From positions 1,408,001 to 1,472,000 of the forward strand of contig OZ250183.1 of the NCBI GenBank assembly GCA_965238225.1: a stretch of 64,000 nucleotides of DNA. The letters run 5' to 3'. The notes under the pieces are model-generated. The model made no database searches, had not been told where the DNA came from, and saw nothing but the letters and a program-made list of their open reading frames with translations. Source of the stretch: Gammaproteobacteria bacterium (GTDB taxonomy: Bacteria > Pseudomonadota > Gammaproteobacteria > Eutrophobiales > Eutrophobiaceae). Made by a program: the position numbers and the translations under genes. Positions 40,218 through 51,475 of this stretch are shown here, in pieces (the first letter of the stretch is position 1; the number at the start of each line of letters is the position of its first letter).

Positions 40218-41462
40218 ATGAATGAATTTACCTACATATTCCTTTTTGCATTGACGCTGAGTATTGTTGTTCAACTACTGCTCGGTTACAGGCATATTAG
40301 TCATGTTCGCTTATTTAGCGGGGCAGTCCCCGATGCCTTCGCAGACAAGATTCCACTAAAGGCACACCAAAAAGCCGCAGCCTATACTCAAGCAAAGGTT
40401 AAGACAGGTTTGTTTGAGTTATTATTTTCAGCAATTTTTCTTTTGATCTGGACACTGGGTGGTGCATTGCAGAGCCTTGAGAATGCTTGGCAATCTCTAG
40501 AATTGTCCGAGCTTTGGACAGGCACAGCATTTTTACTGTCTGTGATTGCCATTATGGCGCTTCTGAATTTGCCTATATCTGCCTACCGTACTTTCTGCAT
40601 CGAACAAAAATTTGGCTTTAATAAAACGACTGTGCGTATTTTTATTATGGACATTATCAAAAATACGATTGTAGGTTTTCTAATTGGCGTACCGTTGCTG
40701 GTACTGATACTTTGGATCATGAATGTCTCGGGAACACTATGGTGGTTATATGTATGGATAACATGGTTTGGATTTAGTCTGATCATGATGTGGGTCTATC
40801 CAAGTTTCATTGCGCCTTTGTTTAATAAATTTAAACCACTGGATGAAGGTAAATTAAAAGATCGTATTGAAAATTTACTGACACGTAATGGTTTTACCTG
40901 CAATGGTATTTTTGTCATGGATGGTTCAGCGCGATCGACTCATGGCAACGCTTACTTCACTGGCCTTGGTTCAAATAAACGCATTGTCTTTTTTGATACA
41001 CTGATAGGCGAATTAAGCCATGATGAAATTGAAGCGGTTCTGGCACATGAGCTTGGGCATTTTAAATGTAACCACATCAAAAAACGTGTGATAATCATGG
41101 GCGCGTTGTCACTCGCCGGACTCGCCATTCTCGGATGGTTAATTAACTTACCTTGGTTTTATCAAGGCTTAGGAATTTCAACGCCATCCAATTACATGGC
41201 TCTATTGTTATTTATTATGATTTCGCCAGCATTCACTTTTTTTCTGCAGCCGATCTTTTCATTCACATCGCGCAAACACGAATTTGAAGCGGATGATTTT
41301 GCAGCAGGACAAGCCCAAGCAGAACATTTAATCCATGCACTGGTTAATCTCTACAAAGAAAATGCCAATACCCTGACACCGGATCCCATATATTCAGCTT
41401 TTTATGATTCACATCCCCCAGCACCTGTCAGAATTGCACATTTATCTGAAAAAATTTCATGA
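40218..41462 (+). CDS. M48 family (Ste24-like) membrane zinc metallopeptidase
   Basis: Multiple TM helices; DGSARSTHGNAYFTG, HELGH, EFEAD and SHPP motifs. Confidence 0.92.
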   Translation: MNEFTYIFLFALTLSIVVQLLLGYRHISHVRLFSGAVPDAFADKIPLKAHQKAAAYTQAKVKTGLFELLFSAIFLLIWTLGGALQSLENAWQSLELSELWTGTAFLLSVIAIMALLNLPISAYRTFCIEQKFGFNKTTVRIFIMDIIKNTIVGFLIGVPLLVLILWIMNVSGTLWWLYVWITWFGFSLIMMWVYPSFIAPLFNKFKPLDEGKLKDRIENLLTRNGFTCNGIFVMDGSARSTHGNAYFTGLGSNKRIVFFDTLIGELSHDEIEAVLAHELGHFKCNHIKKRVIIMGALSLAGLAILGWLINLPWFYQGLGISTPSNYMALLLFIMISPAFTFFLQPIFSFTSRKHEFEADDFAAGQAQAEHLIHALVNLYKENANTLTPDPIYSAFYDSHPPAPVRIAHLSEKIS

Positions 41463-41570
41463 AAATTTTGCAAAGAATTATTGTTATATGGATTTTTATT
41501 AATACCATTAACTGCAACACATGCAGAAGATATTAATATTGCAAAGAACTACATCAAAAGCATTGTCTAG
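41459..41570 (+). pseudogene. Possible 5' remnant of an exported-protein gene
   Basis: ATGA overlap with the M48 stop; MKILQRIIVIW then, after a frameshift, FLLIPLTATHA-EDINIAKNYIKSIV-stop, which resembles a broken signal peptide. Confidence 0.35.
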
Positions 41571-41683
41571 AATGCCGTTTGAATTGAGCTGAACGAACCA
41601 CAGGCTGTCTCCTTTGAATAGAGAGTAATACTGTAATACGCACTATGTCGTAATGTACATCATGTGATTCGCATGAAATATGA

Positions 41684-42277
41684 TCATACGTCTTGTCTGC
41701 CCGACATCGCATATGAGATTGTTCGACTATTTACATACTCTAGGCCACCGCCTACAGGAATGCCATGTGCGATGCGTGTAACCTTTAGATTAGATTTTTT
41801 TACCATCTCCCCAATAAAATGTGCAGTCGCCTCGCCTTCCACTGTGGTGCTTGTTGCCAGTATTACTTCTTCAATCTCACCTTTGTCAACCAACTGATTT
41901 AGTTCAGATAATCCGATTTCATCTGGCCCAATACCATCTAGTGGCGAAAGATGTCCCATCAATACAAAATACAGCCCTCGATAATCTGATTTCTCTATAG
42001 AAACAACATCCGCTGGATTTTCGACCACACACAGCAGGGCACGATCGCGTTTTTTATTGATACATAGAGGACAAACTTCCGTTTCACTGAAAGTTCTACA
42101 ACGCTTACAATGACCTACTAAATCCATGGCTTCATGCATGGAAGCTGCAAGTTTACGTGCACCATCTCTATCTCTTTCCAGTAAATGATAGGCGATGCGT
42201 TGCGCAGACTTTTTGCCCACTCCTGGCAAACAACACAGGGCTTCTACTAAATGAACTAGCTTGGGAGATTCAAGCAC
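41684..42277 (-). CDS. recR: Recombination mediator RecR
   Basis: LPGVGKKSAQR, C4 zinc finger, Toprim motif EGEATA, TRIAHGIPVGG. Confidence 0.97.
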   Translation of the reverse strand: MLESPKLVHLVEALCCLPGVGKKSAQRIAYHLLERDRDGARKLAASMHEAMDLVGHCKRCRTFSETEVCPLCINKKRDRALLCVVENPADVVSIEKSDYRGLYFVLMGHLSPLDGIGPDEIGLSELNQLVDKGEIEEVILATSTTVEGEATAHFIGEMVKKSNLKVTRIAHGIPVGGGLEYVNSRTISYAMSGRQDV

Positions 42278-42293
42278 GAGAGGCTATTCCTGA

Positions 42294-42617
42294 CTAAAAT
42301 GGTAGTTTCATGCCTGCAGGTAAATTCATGCTTGCAGTTAAGCCTGACATTTTTTCCTGTGTCATATTTTCTACCCGACGATTTGCATCATTGACTGCAG
42401 CAGCAACCAAATCTTCCAGCATATCTTTATCATCCTCCAATAAGGTGGGATCAATACACACATGTTTAACATCATGTTTGCCTGTCATGGTAATCTTGAC
42501 CATACCTGCACCTGACTCACCTGTGACCTCCAGTTTAGAAATTTCTTCCTGCGCCTTCTGCATATTTTCCTGCATCTGCTGCGCTTGTTTCATTATGTTA
42601 CCCAGATTACCTTTCAT
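42294..42617 (-). CDS. ybaB: YbaB/EbfC nucleoid-associated protein
   Basis: MKQAQQMQE...GESGAGMV...[12 protein letters not shown]; between dnaX and recR. Confidence 0.95.
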   Translation of the reverse strand: MKGNLGNIMKQAQQMQENMQKAQEEISKLEVTGESGAGMVKITMTGKHDVKHVCIDPTLLEDDKDMLEDLVAAAVNDANRRVENMTQEKMSGLTASMNLPAGMKLPF

Positions 42618-42666
42618 ACTTTTATTATAACCTTAATTTAAAGAATAGTATTTATACAGACAGAGT

Positions 42667-44298
42667 CTACACAGGCCTGATAGAATTTTTATCCAGTGTC
42701 GCGCTGAATATCTCTTCCATCGCCCGAACATTATCATCCCCTTTCAAGGAAAATTCTGCAGCTTGCTGCTTTTCTTTATCCTCGCGTGCTTTTTTTTGTG
42801 AAGGAGTTTCCGCATCACACGCTCCTATGGATATTCTAAGTTCTATCTCTTTACCAAAACGCAGGTAAAGCGCATCAAACAAACGATCTTTCTGCGTCTT
42901 GTTAAAAAGATGTTCTTTATCTGGCGATAAAATTAAAGATATCTTGTCCTCGCTATATTCTTTTAATACACAGTGCCCAGCCAGCTCCTTAACCAACCCA
43001 ACCAAGGCCATTTCATCAACAATAGATTGCCAATTGTCAGTATTTGTTTGCGGCGCAATGCTGGCTTCATTGCTCGTATTTGAATCTATATCTGAATCTG
43101 CAGTATGTGTTTTTTCAAATGTCTTAAGCGCGCTCAATTTCGTGTTAGATGCTGTCTCAGGCATTATTTTACCCGTTACAGGTGTTGCTATTTGTGCTGG
43201 TTTAAAAGCCAACATTCTAATCAGTGTCATTTCAAATCCTGTGCGTGGATCGGGCGCAATAGGCAAATCTTTTCGCCCCATAACGCCGACTTGATAGTAC
43301 AGCTGAATATCTTCTTTACTGATAAGTTTGGATAATGCGCTGATTATTTCATCTTGCTCAGTATCGCCCAAACTCACTAAGTCGCACGGGGTCGCGTTAT
43401 CATCCAAAATCTGACACATGGCTATGCGCTGTAAAATTGAGAGTAGTTCCACTAATATTAAATCATAATCTGGATTATGCTCTGCCATACGGTCAGCACA
43501 CTGAATCACAGACCGTGCATCTCCGCTTATCAGCGCTTCAAGTAATTCATTCAGATCTAAACTATCGACGGTTCCCAACATAGTTCTGACCTGTGCTTCC
43601 TGTAGACGACCGCCGCCATAGGCAATCGCCTGATCCAATAAACTCAATGCATCACGCAAACTACCGTCCGCTGATTTTGCAATAAGACTTCTTGATATTG
43701 CGTCACTTTCAATTGATTCTAAGTTAAGGATTTTATCAAGCTGTATTTCAATTTGTGCAACGCTTAAATGTTTAAGATTAAATTGCAAACAGCGCGAAAG
43801 AATTGTTGCTGGAATTTTTTTTGATTCGGTTGTTGCCAGTAAAAATTTCACATGCGCAGGGGGCTCTTCTATGGTTTTCAACAGTGCATTAAAACTATGT
43901 CCTGAAAACATATGTACTTCGTCAATCAGGTAAACTTTATAACGACCAACGCTAGGCGCATACTGAACATTGTCCATGAGATCTCGCGTCTCATCCACCT
44001 TTGCTCTTGAGGCTGCATCAACCTCTATTAAATCTAAAAAACGACCTTCGTCAACACCTACACAGGCAGAACATTCACCGCAAGGCTCAGAACTAAGCCC
44101 TTGTTCGCAGTTCAGGCATTTTGCAAAAATACGTGCAAGCGTTGTTTTTCCTACGCCACGAGTCCCTGTAAATAGGTAAGCATGATGTAAGCGGTCATTG
44201 TCTAAAGCATTAACCAGCGCTTGTAACACATGACCTTGTCCAACCATATCTTTAAATGTCTTTGGTCGCCATTTACGCGCTAAAACCTGATAACTCAT
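42667..44298 (-). CDS. dnaX: DNA polymerase III subunit gamma/tau
   Basis: MSYQVLARKWRP, GTRGVGKTT, IDEVHM and SRC motifs. Confidence 0.97.
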   Translation of the reverse strand: MSYQVLARKWRPKTFKDMVGQGHVLQALVNALDNDRLHHAYLFTGTRGVGKTTLARIFAKCLNCEQGLSSEPCGECSACVGVDEGRFLDLIEVDAASRAKVDETRDLMDNVQYAPSVGRYKVYLIDEVHMFSGHSFNALLKTIEEPPAHVKFLLATTESKKIPATILSRCLQFNLKHLSVAQIEIQLDKILNLESIESDAISRSLIAKSADGSLRDALSLLDQAIAYGGGRLQEAQVRTMLGTVDSLDLNELLEALISGDARSVIQCADRMAEHNPDYDLILVELLSILQRIAMCQILDDNATPCDLVSLGDTEQDEIISALSKLISKEDIQLYYQVGVMGRKDLPIAPDPRTGFEMTLIRMLAFKPAQIATPVTGKIMPETASNTKLSALKTFEKTHTADSDIDSNTSNEASIAPQTNTDNWQSIVDEMALVGLVKELAGHCVLKEYSEDKISLILSPDKEHLFNKTQKDRLFDALYLRFGKEIELRISIGACDAETPSQKKAREDKEKQQAAEFSLKGDDNVRAMEEIFSATLDKNSIRPV

Positions 44299-44433
44299 TT
44301 ACTTTTTTATCCTTATTTGTGGCTATTCTATTGATAATTATGACAACTAATTAGAATGACAAGAAGCACCGCATAATACAGGAATAGTGTATTTTATATA
44401 AGACGCTAAACGCTCAGAGAGCAAATCAAAGGC

Positions 44434-44545
44434 GGCGACCCATGCCCGCCTTGACCTCGGCACCCGTATCCATTGCTGCCGTTGCTCCCTTCCGGGTCTG
44501 GCGGGGTTCACAATTTCACGTCGCGAGGAGACCGGCAGGGTCACC
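44434..44545 (-). ncRNA. ffs: Signal recognition particle RNA (4.5S)
   Basis: Reverse strand GGTGACCC...CCAGACCCGGAAGGGAGCAACGG...GGGTCGCC: paired ends plus the domain IV GGAA tetraloop and AGCA motif; upstream of dnaX. Confidence 0.92.
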
Positions 44546-44718
44546 ATTAATTTAGCTTATTATTCGCCCCATCAATTTGATGATGGCAAGATAACACAAA
44601 GCATATTGATTTGACTATACTGTTACCGTCATAATTAGAACGTCGTCGCCACAAAATTAAAACTCAAACAGTCTATAAGATAATCGCCAAAAAAACTTAA
44701 AAGAAGAAAACATAATAA

Positions 44719-45609
44719 ATGAAACAATTCACCTACATTATCAATATCATTTTATTACTGGTATTTGCCTCTCTACTGGCATGCACTTATCCGAAAATAA
44801 TTTACGATGAGTGCGAAGGTTTTCATGAATGCAAGGAAAAGGCAGAACAAGGAGATATTAGCGCACAAACTAATTTAGGATTGATGTATGAATATGGAAA
44901 AGGCACGCCTAAAGATACCAAACAGGCAATTCAATGGTACAAAAAAGCAGCATGGCAAGGGAATGCTTGGGCACAATTCAATTTAGGATTGATATATACC
45001 AAAGAACAGAACCTGCTTCAAAATTACAATAAGGCAGTTAAATGGTTTGAAAAATCAGCCCAGCAGGGGCTTGCAGCAGCACAATTCAATTTAGGGTGGA
45101 TATATGCCAACGGAAAAGGCGTGCCTCAAAATTACAATAAGGCAGTTAAATGGTGGGAGAAAGCAGCGGTGCAAGGGCATGCTAGAGCGCAATTCAGTCT
45201 AGGCAGGGTGTACTTCTATGGACAAGGCATTATTCCTCAAGATAACAAGCAGGCATTTAAATGGTGGGGGAAAGCAGCGATGCAAGGCGGTGCTGAAGCA
45301 CAGTACAATCTAGCCTTTATGTATAAAAAAGGACAAGGCGTTCCACAAGATGATGCCCAAGCAATATATTGGTGTAGAAAAGCAGCAGAACAAGGATTTG
45401 CCCATGCACAACACGCTTTAGGGTTCTCGTATGAAAAAGGACAAGGCGTTCCTCAAGATCTAATCACAGCGTATATGTTTTTTAGTATTGCAAAGACAAA
45501 TGGTTTTGCAGACAGCAAAAAGGGTAAAGACCGTACTGCTAAGCACATGACTGCCTCACAAATAAAAGAGGCAGAAGACAGGGCAGCGCAGTGGATAAAG
45601 GCGCATTGA
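44719..45609 (+). CDS. Sel1-like repeat lipoprotein (6 SLR repeats)
   Basis: Lipobox-like LLAC; repeats of AQxNLGxxYxxGxGVPQDxxxAxxWxxKAAxQG. Confidence 0.9.
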   Translation: MKQFTYIINIILLLVFASLLACTYPKIIYDECEGFHECKEKAEQGDISAQTNLGLMYEYGKGTPKDTKQAIQWYKKAAWQGNAWAQFNLGLIYTKEQNLLQNYNKAVKWFEKSAQQGLAAAQFNLGWIYANGKGVPQNYNKAVKWWEKAAVQGHARAQFSLGRVYFYGQGIIPQDNKQAFKWWGKAAMQGGAEAQYNLAFMYKKGQGVPQDDAQAIYWCRKAAEQGFAHAQHALGFSYEKGQGVPQDLITAYMFFSIAKTNGFADSKKGKDRTAKHMTASQIKEAEDRAAQWIKAH

Positions 45610-45848
45610 TTCTGTCTATCAGAAAATTACAGGCACAAAAAATAAAGCAATGAAAACTAAGCAAGCATTTTTTATATGTGTGCATGTTAATACTGTAACC
45701 AGACATTCTAATATCATGCCGCAATGTAGGGTTGCCCAAACAAAGCACAGCTTTGTATTAAATCAATATAATGATGCCAAGCGGATCAAAATTGAATCCA
45801 AGTGATATAGTTCGAGAAGATTAACTAAGCGGAAATGATTGAAATAAC

Positions 45849-48800
45849 GTGGCAACATTTTCTAAATTCTTAAACTCATTTAGTCCTGATAAACATAAAA
45901 AAGGTACACAGTTTGAACACTTTGTTAAGTGGTTTCTAAAAAATGACCCACAGTGGGAAACTCAGGTAGATCAAATATGGTTATGGGATGAATGTCCAGA
46001 CCGGTGGGGTCAAGACTGTGGGATTGACCTTGTCTTTAAACACAGGAATTCTGAAATCTGGGCAGTTCAAGCAAAATGTTATTCCCCTGAATATTCCATT
46101 AGCAAAGCAGATGTAGATACATTTCTATCAGAATCTAACCGACCCAGTATTCATAAAAGATTACTCATCGCGTCAACAGACCAAATTGGTCAAAATGCAA
46201 AACAAGTCTGCGAAGATCAAGAAAAGCCTGTCGTGTACTTTCTTTATTCTGATTTTGCTAAGGCAGGGATAGAATATCCTGATGATATATCCAAACTTGA
46301 TACCGCTAAACGTAAACCTCGTCCAACACCAAGACCGCATCAAAAAAAGGCAATTGATGTAGTAGCAAACGGTTTTAAAAAGAATAATCGTGGTCAGTTG
46401 ATCATGGCATGTGGAACAGGAAAGACATTCACAACACTCTGGATTAAAGAACGACTCGCAGCAGAATCTACTCTGGTATTGCTTCCATCATTAAATTTGC
46501 TCTCACAGACAATGCGAGAGTGGACACTTGCAAGAAATGAATCATTTGCGCTCTTATGTGTCTGTTCAGATAGAACGGTAGGGGAAAAGTCTGGTGCAGA
46601 TAGATTCATAAACTCTATACATGACCTATCATTCCCAGTTACATCAGATATTAAGAGCATTAGTGAGTTTCTAAAAGGTAATGGAGCAAAGGTTATTTTC
46701 TCTACTTACCAATCCTCGCCGAAGATTGCTGAGTGTCAACAGGACTATGATGTGCCTTCGTTTGATTTGGTCGTTGCTGATGAGGCACACCGATGTACAG
46801 GTGAAGTTACCAGCGACTTCGCAACAGTATTAGATGAAGCAAAAATTAATGCAAATAAAAGATTATTTACAACAGCAACACCAAGAACATATTCAACACA
46901 TATCACAACAAAAGCAGAAGAAAGAGGTGTTGATGTTACAGGTATGGATGATGAGTCAGTATTTGGGAAAAAGTTTTTTGTATTAACTTTTTCACAGGCA
47001 ATAGATAAAAATTTATTAACAGATTATCAGGTTGTCATTATTGGTGTCGACAGACAGATGATTGCAGAGTGTATTGAGAATCGTGCATTACTGAGAACTG
47101 AATCTGGCGATGTGATTGATATGAAATCATTGGCGTCTCAAATAGGATCAATCAAGGTAATTAAAGATTATGATCTAAAACGGATGATTAGTTTTCATAG
47201 CACAGTGAAGGGTGCTGAGTCATTCGCATTTGGAGTTCAGAGCGCCATAGATTGTATTAGTCCACAACAGCGTCCAGATGGAAAAATATGGACAGATTTT
47301 ATTTCTGGAACAATGCCAACAAACAAAAGACAATTAAGACTTGAGAGACTAAAAGCACTCACAGAATGTGATAGAGGATTACTTTCTAATGCACGATGCT
47401 TGTCAGAAGGGGTTGATATTCCATCATTAGACGGTGTTGCATTTATTGATCCAAAAGGCAGTCAGGTTGATATTGTTCAGGCAGTCGGTCGGGCAATACG
47501 AAAAGCTAAAGAAAAGAATATTGGAACAATTTTTTTACCTGTATTTATTGAAGAGGGAGATGACCCAAAACAATCAATTCAAAACAGTCAATTCAAACCA
47601 GTGTGGGATGTTCTAAATGCATTAAAATCTCATGATGAAGTTCTCGCGTTTGAACTAGACCGACTGCGCACGCAAATGGGCAAAGAATGTAATAGTAACA
47701 TTGCTCAGGGTATCCCAAAAGTAGTGTTTGATCTACCAAGAACAATAGATTCATCATTTGCTGATTCATTAACAACCTATCTTGTTGAACACACTACAGC
47801 GTCATGGAATTTCTGGTTTGGATTGTTAGAACATTATACCAAACAAAAAGGCAATGCCAGACCGCCATCGACTTATAAAACAGAAGATGGGTATAGTCTG
47901 GGTAATTGGGTAAGGACTCAACGAACAGCCCGTGAGCAATTAAGCCAGGAACGAATTAAAAGATTAGGGTCATTAAAAGGCTGGGTCTGGGATGTATTAG
48001 AGTTTAAATTGGATAGAAGGATTTGGTCATCTGCAAGCGTATGTGAACCAAGAAGGCAATGCCAGACCGCCATCGACTTATAAAACAGAAGATGGGTATA
48101 GTCTGGGTGCTTGGGTAAGTACTCAACGAACAGCCCGAGAACAATTAAGCCAGGAACGAATTAAAAGATTAAATGCATTAGGTTTTGTCTGGGATGTATC
48201 AGAGTTGAAATGGGAAGAAGGATTTGGTCATCTGCAAGCGTATGTGGAACAAGAAGGCAATGCCAGACCGCCATCGACTTATAAAACAGAAGATGGGTAT
48301 AGTCTGGGTGCTTGGGTAAGTACTCAACGAACAGCCCGTGAGCAATTAAGCCAGGAACGAATTAAAAGATTAGGGTCATAAAAGGTTGGGTCTGGGATGT
48401 ATTAGAGTTGAAATGGGAAGAAGGATTTGATCATCTGCAAGCGTATGTGGAACAAAAAGGCAATGCCAGACCGCCTAAGAATTATAAAACAGAAGATGGG
48501 TATAAGTCTGGGTAATTGGGTAGGGAAACAACGAAAATCCGTGAACAATTAAGCCAGGAACGAATTAAAAGATTAAATGCATTAGGTTTTGTCTGGGATG
48601 TATTAGAGTTTGATTGGATAGAAGGATTTGGTCATCTGCAAGCGTATGTGAACCAAGAAGGCAATGCCAGACCGCCTAAGAATTATAAAACAGAAGATGG
48701 GTATAATCTGGGTGCTTGGGTAGGGACTCAACGAACAATCCGAGAACAATTAAGCCAGGAACGAATTAAAAGATTAAATGCATTAGGTTTTGTCTGGGAT

Positions 48801-49857
48801 GTATTAGAGTTTGATTGGGAAAAAGGATTTGGTCATCTGCAAGCGTATGTGAACCAAGAAGGCAATGCCAGACCGCCATCAGAATTATAAAACAGAAGAT
48901 GGGTATAATCTGGGTAATTGGGTAGGTAGACAACGAAAATCCGAGAACAATTAAGCCAGGAACGAATTAAAAGATTAAATGCATTAGGTTTTGTCTGGGA
49001 TGTATTAGAGTTGAAATGGGAAGAAGGATTTGGTCATCTGCAAGCGTATGTGAACCAAGAAGGCAATGCCAGACCGCCATCGACTTATAAAACAGAAGAT
49101 GGGTATAATCTGGGTGCTTGGGTAGGGAGACAACGAAAAATCCGAGAACAATTAAGCCAGGAACGAATTGAAAAACTAGATGCATTAGGTTTTGTTTGGG
49201 ATGTATTAGAGTTTAAATGGGAAAAAGGATTTGGTCATCTGCAAGCGTATGTGAACCAAGAAGGCAATGCCAGACCGCCTAATAAAACAGAAATTATAAA
49301 ACAGAAGATGAACGTATAATCTGGGTGCTTGGGTATTGGTATTTGGTCATCTGCAACGAAAAGGCAATCCGAGAACAATTAAGCCAGGAACGAATTAAAA
49401 ATTAGGGTCATTAAAAGGCTGGGTCTGGGATGTATTAGAGTTTGATTGGGAAAAAGGATTTGGTCATCTGCAAGCGTATGTGAACCAAGAAGGCAATGCC
49501 AGACCGCCTCAGAATTATAAAACAGAAGATGGGTATAATCTGGGTATTTGGGTAAGTACTCAACGAACAACCCGAGAACAATTAAGCCAGGAACGAATTA
49601 AAAGATTAAATGTCATTAGGTTTTGTCTGGGATGTATTAGAGTTGTATTAAATGGGAAGAAGGATTTGGTCATCTGCAAGCGTATGTGAACCAAGAAGGC
49701 AATGCCAGACCGCCTCAGAATTATAAAACAGAAGATGGGTATAAGTCTGGGTAATTGGGTAAGTACTCAACGAACAATCCGAGAACAATTAAGCCAGGAA
49801 CGAATTAAAAGATTAAATGCATTAGGTTTTGTTTGGAGTGCTCGTAGAAAAAATTAA
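45849..49857 (+). CDS. Mrr-like nuclease and SF2 (ResIII/DEAH) helicase with ~10 C-terminal helicase-associated (HA) repeats; multiple frameshifts in the repeat region
   Basis: DCGIDLV...VQAKCY nuclease motif; MACGTGKT, DEAH, TAT, LSEGVDIP, QAVGRAIR helicase motifs; VWDVLNALKSHDE; ORF fragments 48043..49689 are all the same repeat; final repeat ends GFVWSARRKN-TAA at 49857. Confidence 0.85.
47850..49840 (+). repeat. Tandem array of 10 HA-domain repeats of ~201-205 bp
   Basis: GGCAATGCCAGACCGCC at about 47850, 48055, 48256, 48459, 48660, 48861, 49062, 49263, 49492 and 49698 (the eighth unit is longer and garbled). Confidence 0.93.
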
Positions 49858-50079
49858 AGGGTTAACCGATTACAGAAAGAAAAAGTCATCCTAAATTAGG
49901 TCGCACTACCAAACCCCGATCAACTTGGACTCAGCATAACGACCTTTGCAAGGTTCTTGACAAATAATCTGCTACAACCTTCCTGAATAAGAAGTGTTGA
50001 TACTAATTTCTCCCTAAATCAAAAAAACCTAAAAAGAAAAAAATGAAATGTCTATGGAAGTATTATGTATATAATTTCC

Positions 50080-51471
50080 TTATTTTTTGTCCTTGGAATT
50101 GAGTAACATATTTTTTCCAATGGCTTCAATATTATTTTCATCTGCTTCAAGTGCAGTTTTTGTTTCTTCTGCCAGTTTAAATTTGCTTTCTTTAAGTTCG
50201 CGAAGCCACTCCAATTCGCTCAAGGTATATTTTTCCCATTTTCTGGCATCAACAAAACTTTTTTTAGATGTTTTCGCTTGCCTAAATGCCTGTAATGCCC
50301 CTCTAAAATCCTTAATATTGAATAAAGCCATGCCCATTAATAGTTGATTGTTGTCTTTGCGTTTTAGTTTGCCTTTTTTATCAGCCTTTTTTGCCGCTTT
50401 TGCTGCTTCCTTAAAATTACCAGCGTCAAAATATACGCCAGCAAGACGCGCATACAAACGCCCCTTGTCTGATAAATCTGATGCTCTTTCTAATGCTGGA
50501 ATGGCTTTCTTATGTTCATTGGCCTGCGCCCAAGCATTCGCTAGTGTTTCGATATTCTTTGGGCTCTCTTTAATAATCTTTTTTTGCACTTCTCTTTCTA
50601 TAATCTTGCCAGCCTTATAGGGAATCTCTTGTCCTAGGTACATATAGGCCACATTTAATACTTCTGATTCTTTTTGCAATGCCCCATTTAAATAGATTGC
50701 ATCGTAGGTTGTCAGACGTTTTCTATCATTACCCATCTCTCCATTTAGCCCGGCAATCTGTCTTAAATACGTTATGCTAGGATAAAAATGTAATAATTCT
50801 TCATAGGTTTTTAATGTATTTTTTGTATCATTCTTCTCAAAATAAATGGCTGCTTTCATGCGTAACCAATTTTCTTTTATTTTTTTACCTTCACTTTTCT
50901 CAATTTCTATCGCCTTAATAATATTTTTTAATGCGGGATTGAATTTTTTTGCTTGATAATAGGCTTGTGCCAGCATGATGTGTGCTGTCCCTGTTGGCTT
51001 AGGTATCTCTCTTAACCACTCTTCCATAAAGTTAATCACCGATAAGTAATCTTCTAACTGGAAATACAATTGCGCCATGGTGTATTTGGCGGTCAACTTC
51101 AAACCTTCTGGCGCATCGGGTTCTGCGATGATCTTTTTATAGGCGCTTATCGCATCTTTATATTTTTCCTGACTGGCATAGATAAACGCATAAAAATTCC
51201 ACATCTGACTTTTAGCGTAGCCTTCTAATCTGTCGCTGTTCTTAATTATATCAAGCGTATGTATCGCTTCATCGTATTCACCCTCTTCAGCCAATGCTTG
51301 TGCCTTCATCAAAACTTCAAAAGTTTTTGCATCAATCGCCCCCGTTGCTCTTGTACTATCTTTTTTCTTTGCTTGAACATTGAGTGATAGTGACAATAAT
51401 GTAATGACCATTAACGTAGTCACCATTATGTAAAAGATAGAGTGCTGACTTAGGCGCTGCTGTCTTTTCAT
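50080..51471 (-). CDS. Tetratricopeptide repeat protein of a TonB2-type operon
   Basis: Signal peptide, TPR-like helices, last gene after tonB. Confidence 0.85.
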   Translation of the reverse strand: MKRQQRLSQHSIFYIMVTTLMVITLLSLSLNVQAKKKDSTRATGAIDAKTFEVLMKAQALAEEGEYDEAIHTLDIIKNSDRLEGYAKSQMWNFYAFIYASQEKYKDAISAYKKIIAEPDAPEGLKLTAKYTMAQLYFQLEDYLSVINFMEEWLREIPKPTGTAHIMLAQAYYQAKKFNPALKNIIKAIEIEKSEGKKIKENWLRMKAAIYFEKNDTKNTLKTYEELLHFYPSITYLRQIAGLNGEMGNDRKRLTTYDAIYLNGALQKESEVLNVAYMYLGQEIPYKAGKIIEREVQKKIIKESPKNIETLANAWAQANEHKKAIPALERASDLSDKGRLYARLAGVYFDAGNFKEAAKAAKKADKKGKLKRKDNNQLLMGMALFNIKDFRGALQAFRQAKTSKKSFVDARKWEKYTLSELEWLRELKESKFKLAEETKTALEADENNIEAIGKNMLLNSKDKK

Positions 51472-51475
51472 TTTG

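Noticed and set aside
42785-43120. Programmed -1 frameshift site in dnaX
   Set aside because: The A6 run at ~43110 is not phased as X XXY YYZ, and the A8 run at ~42790 is too near the C-terminus, with no evident stimulatory hairpin.
44347-44547. 66-aa ORF upstream of dnaX
   Set aside because: Coincides with the SRP RNA gene.
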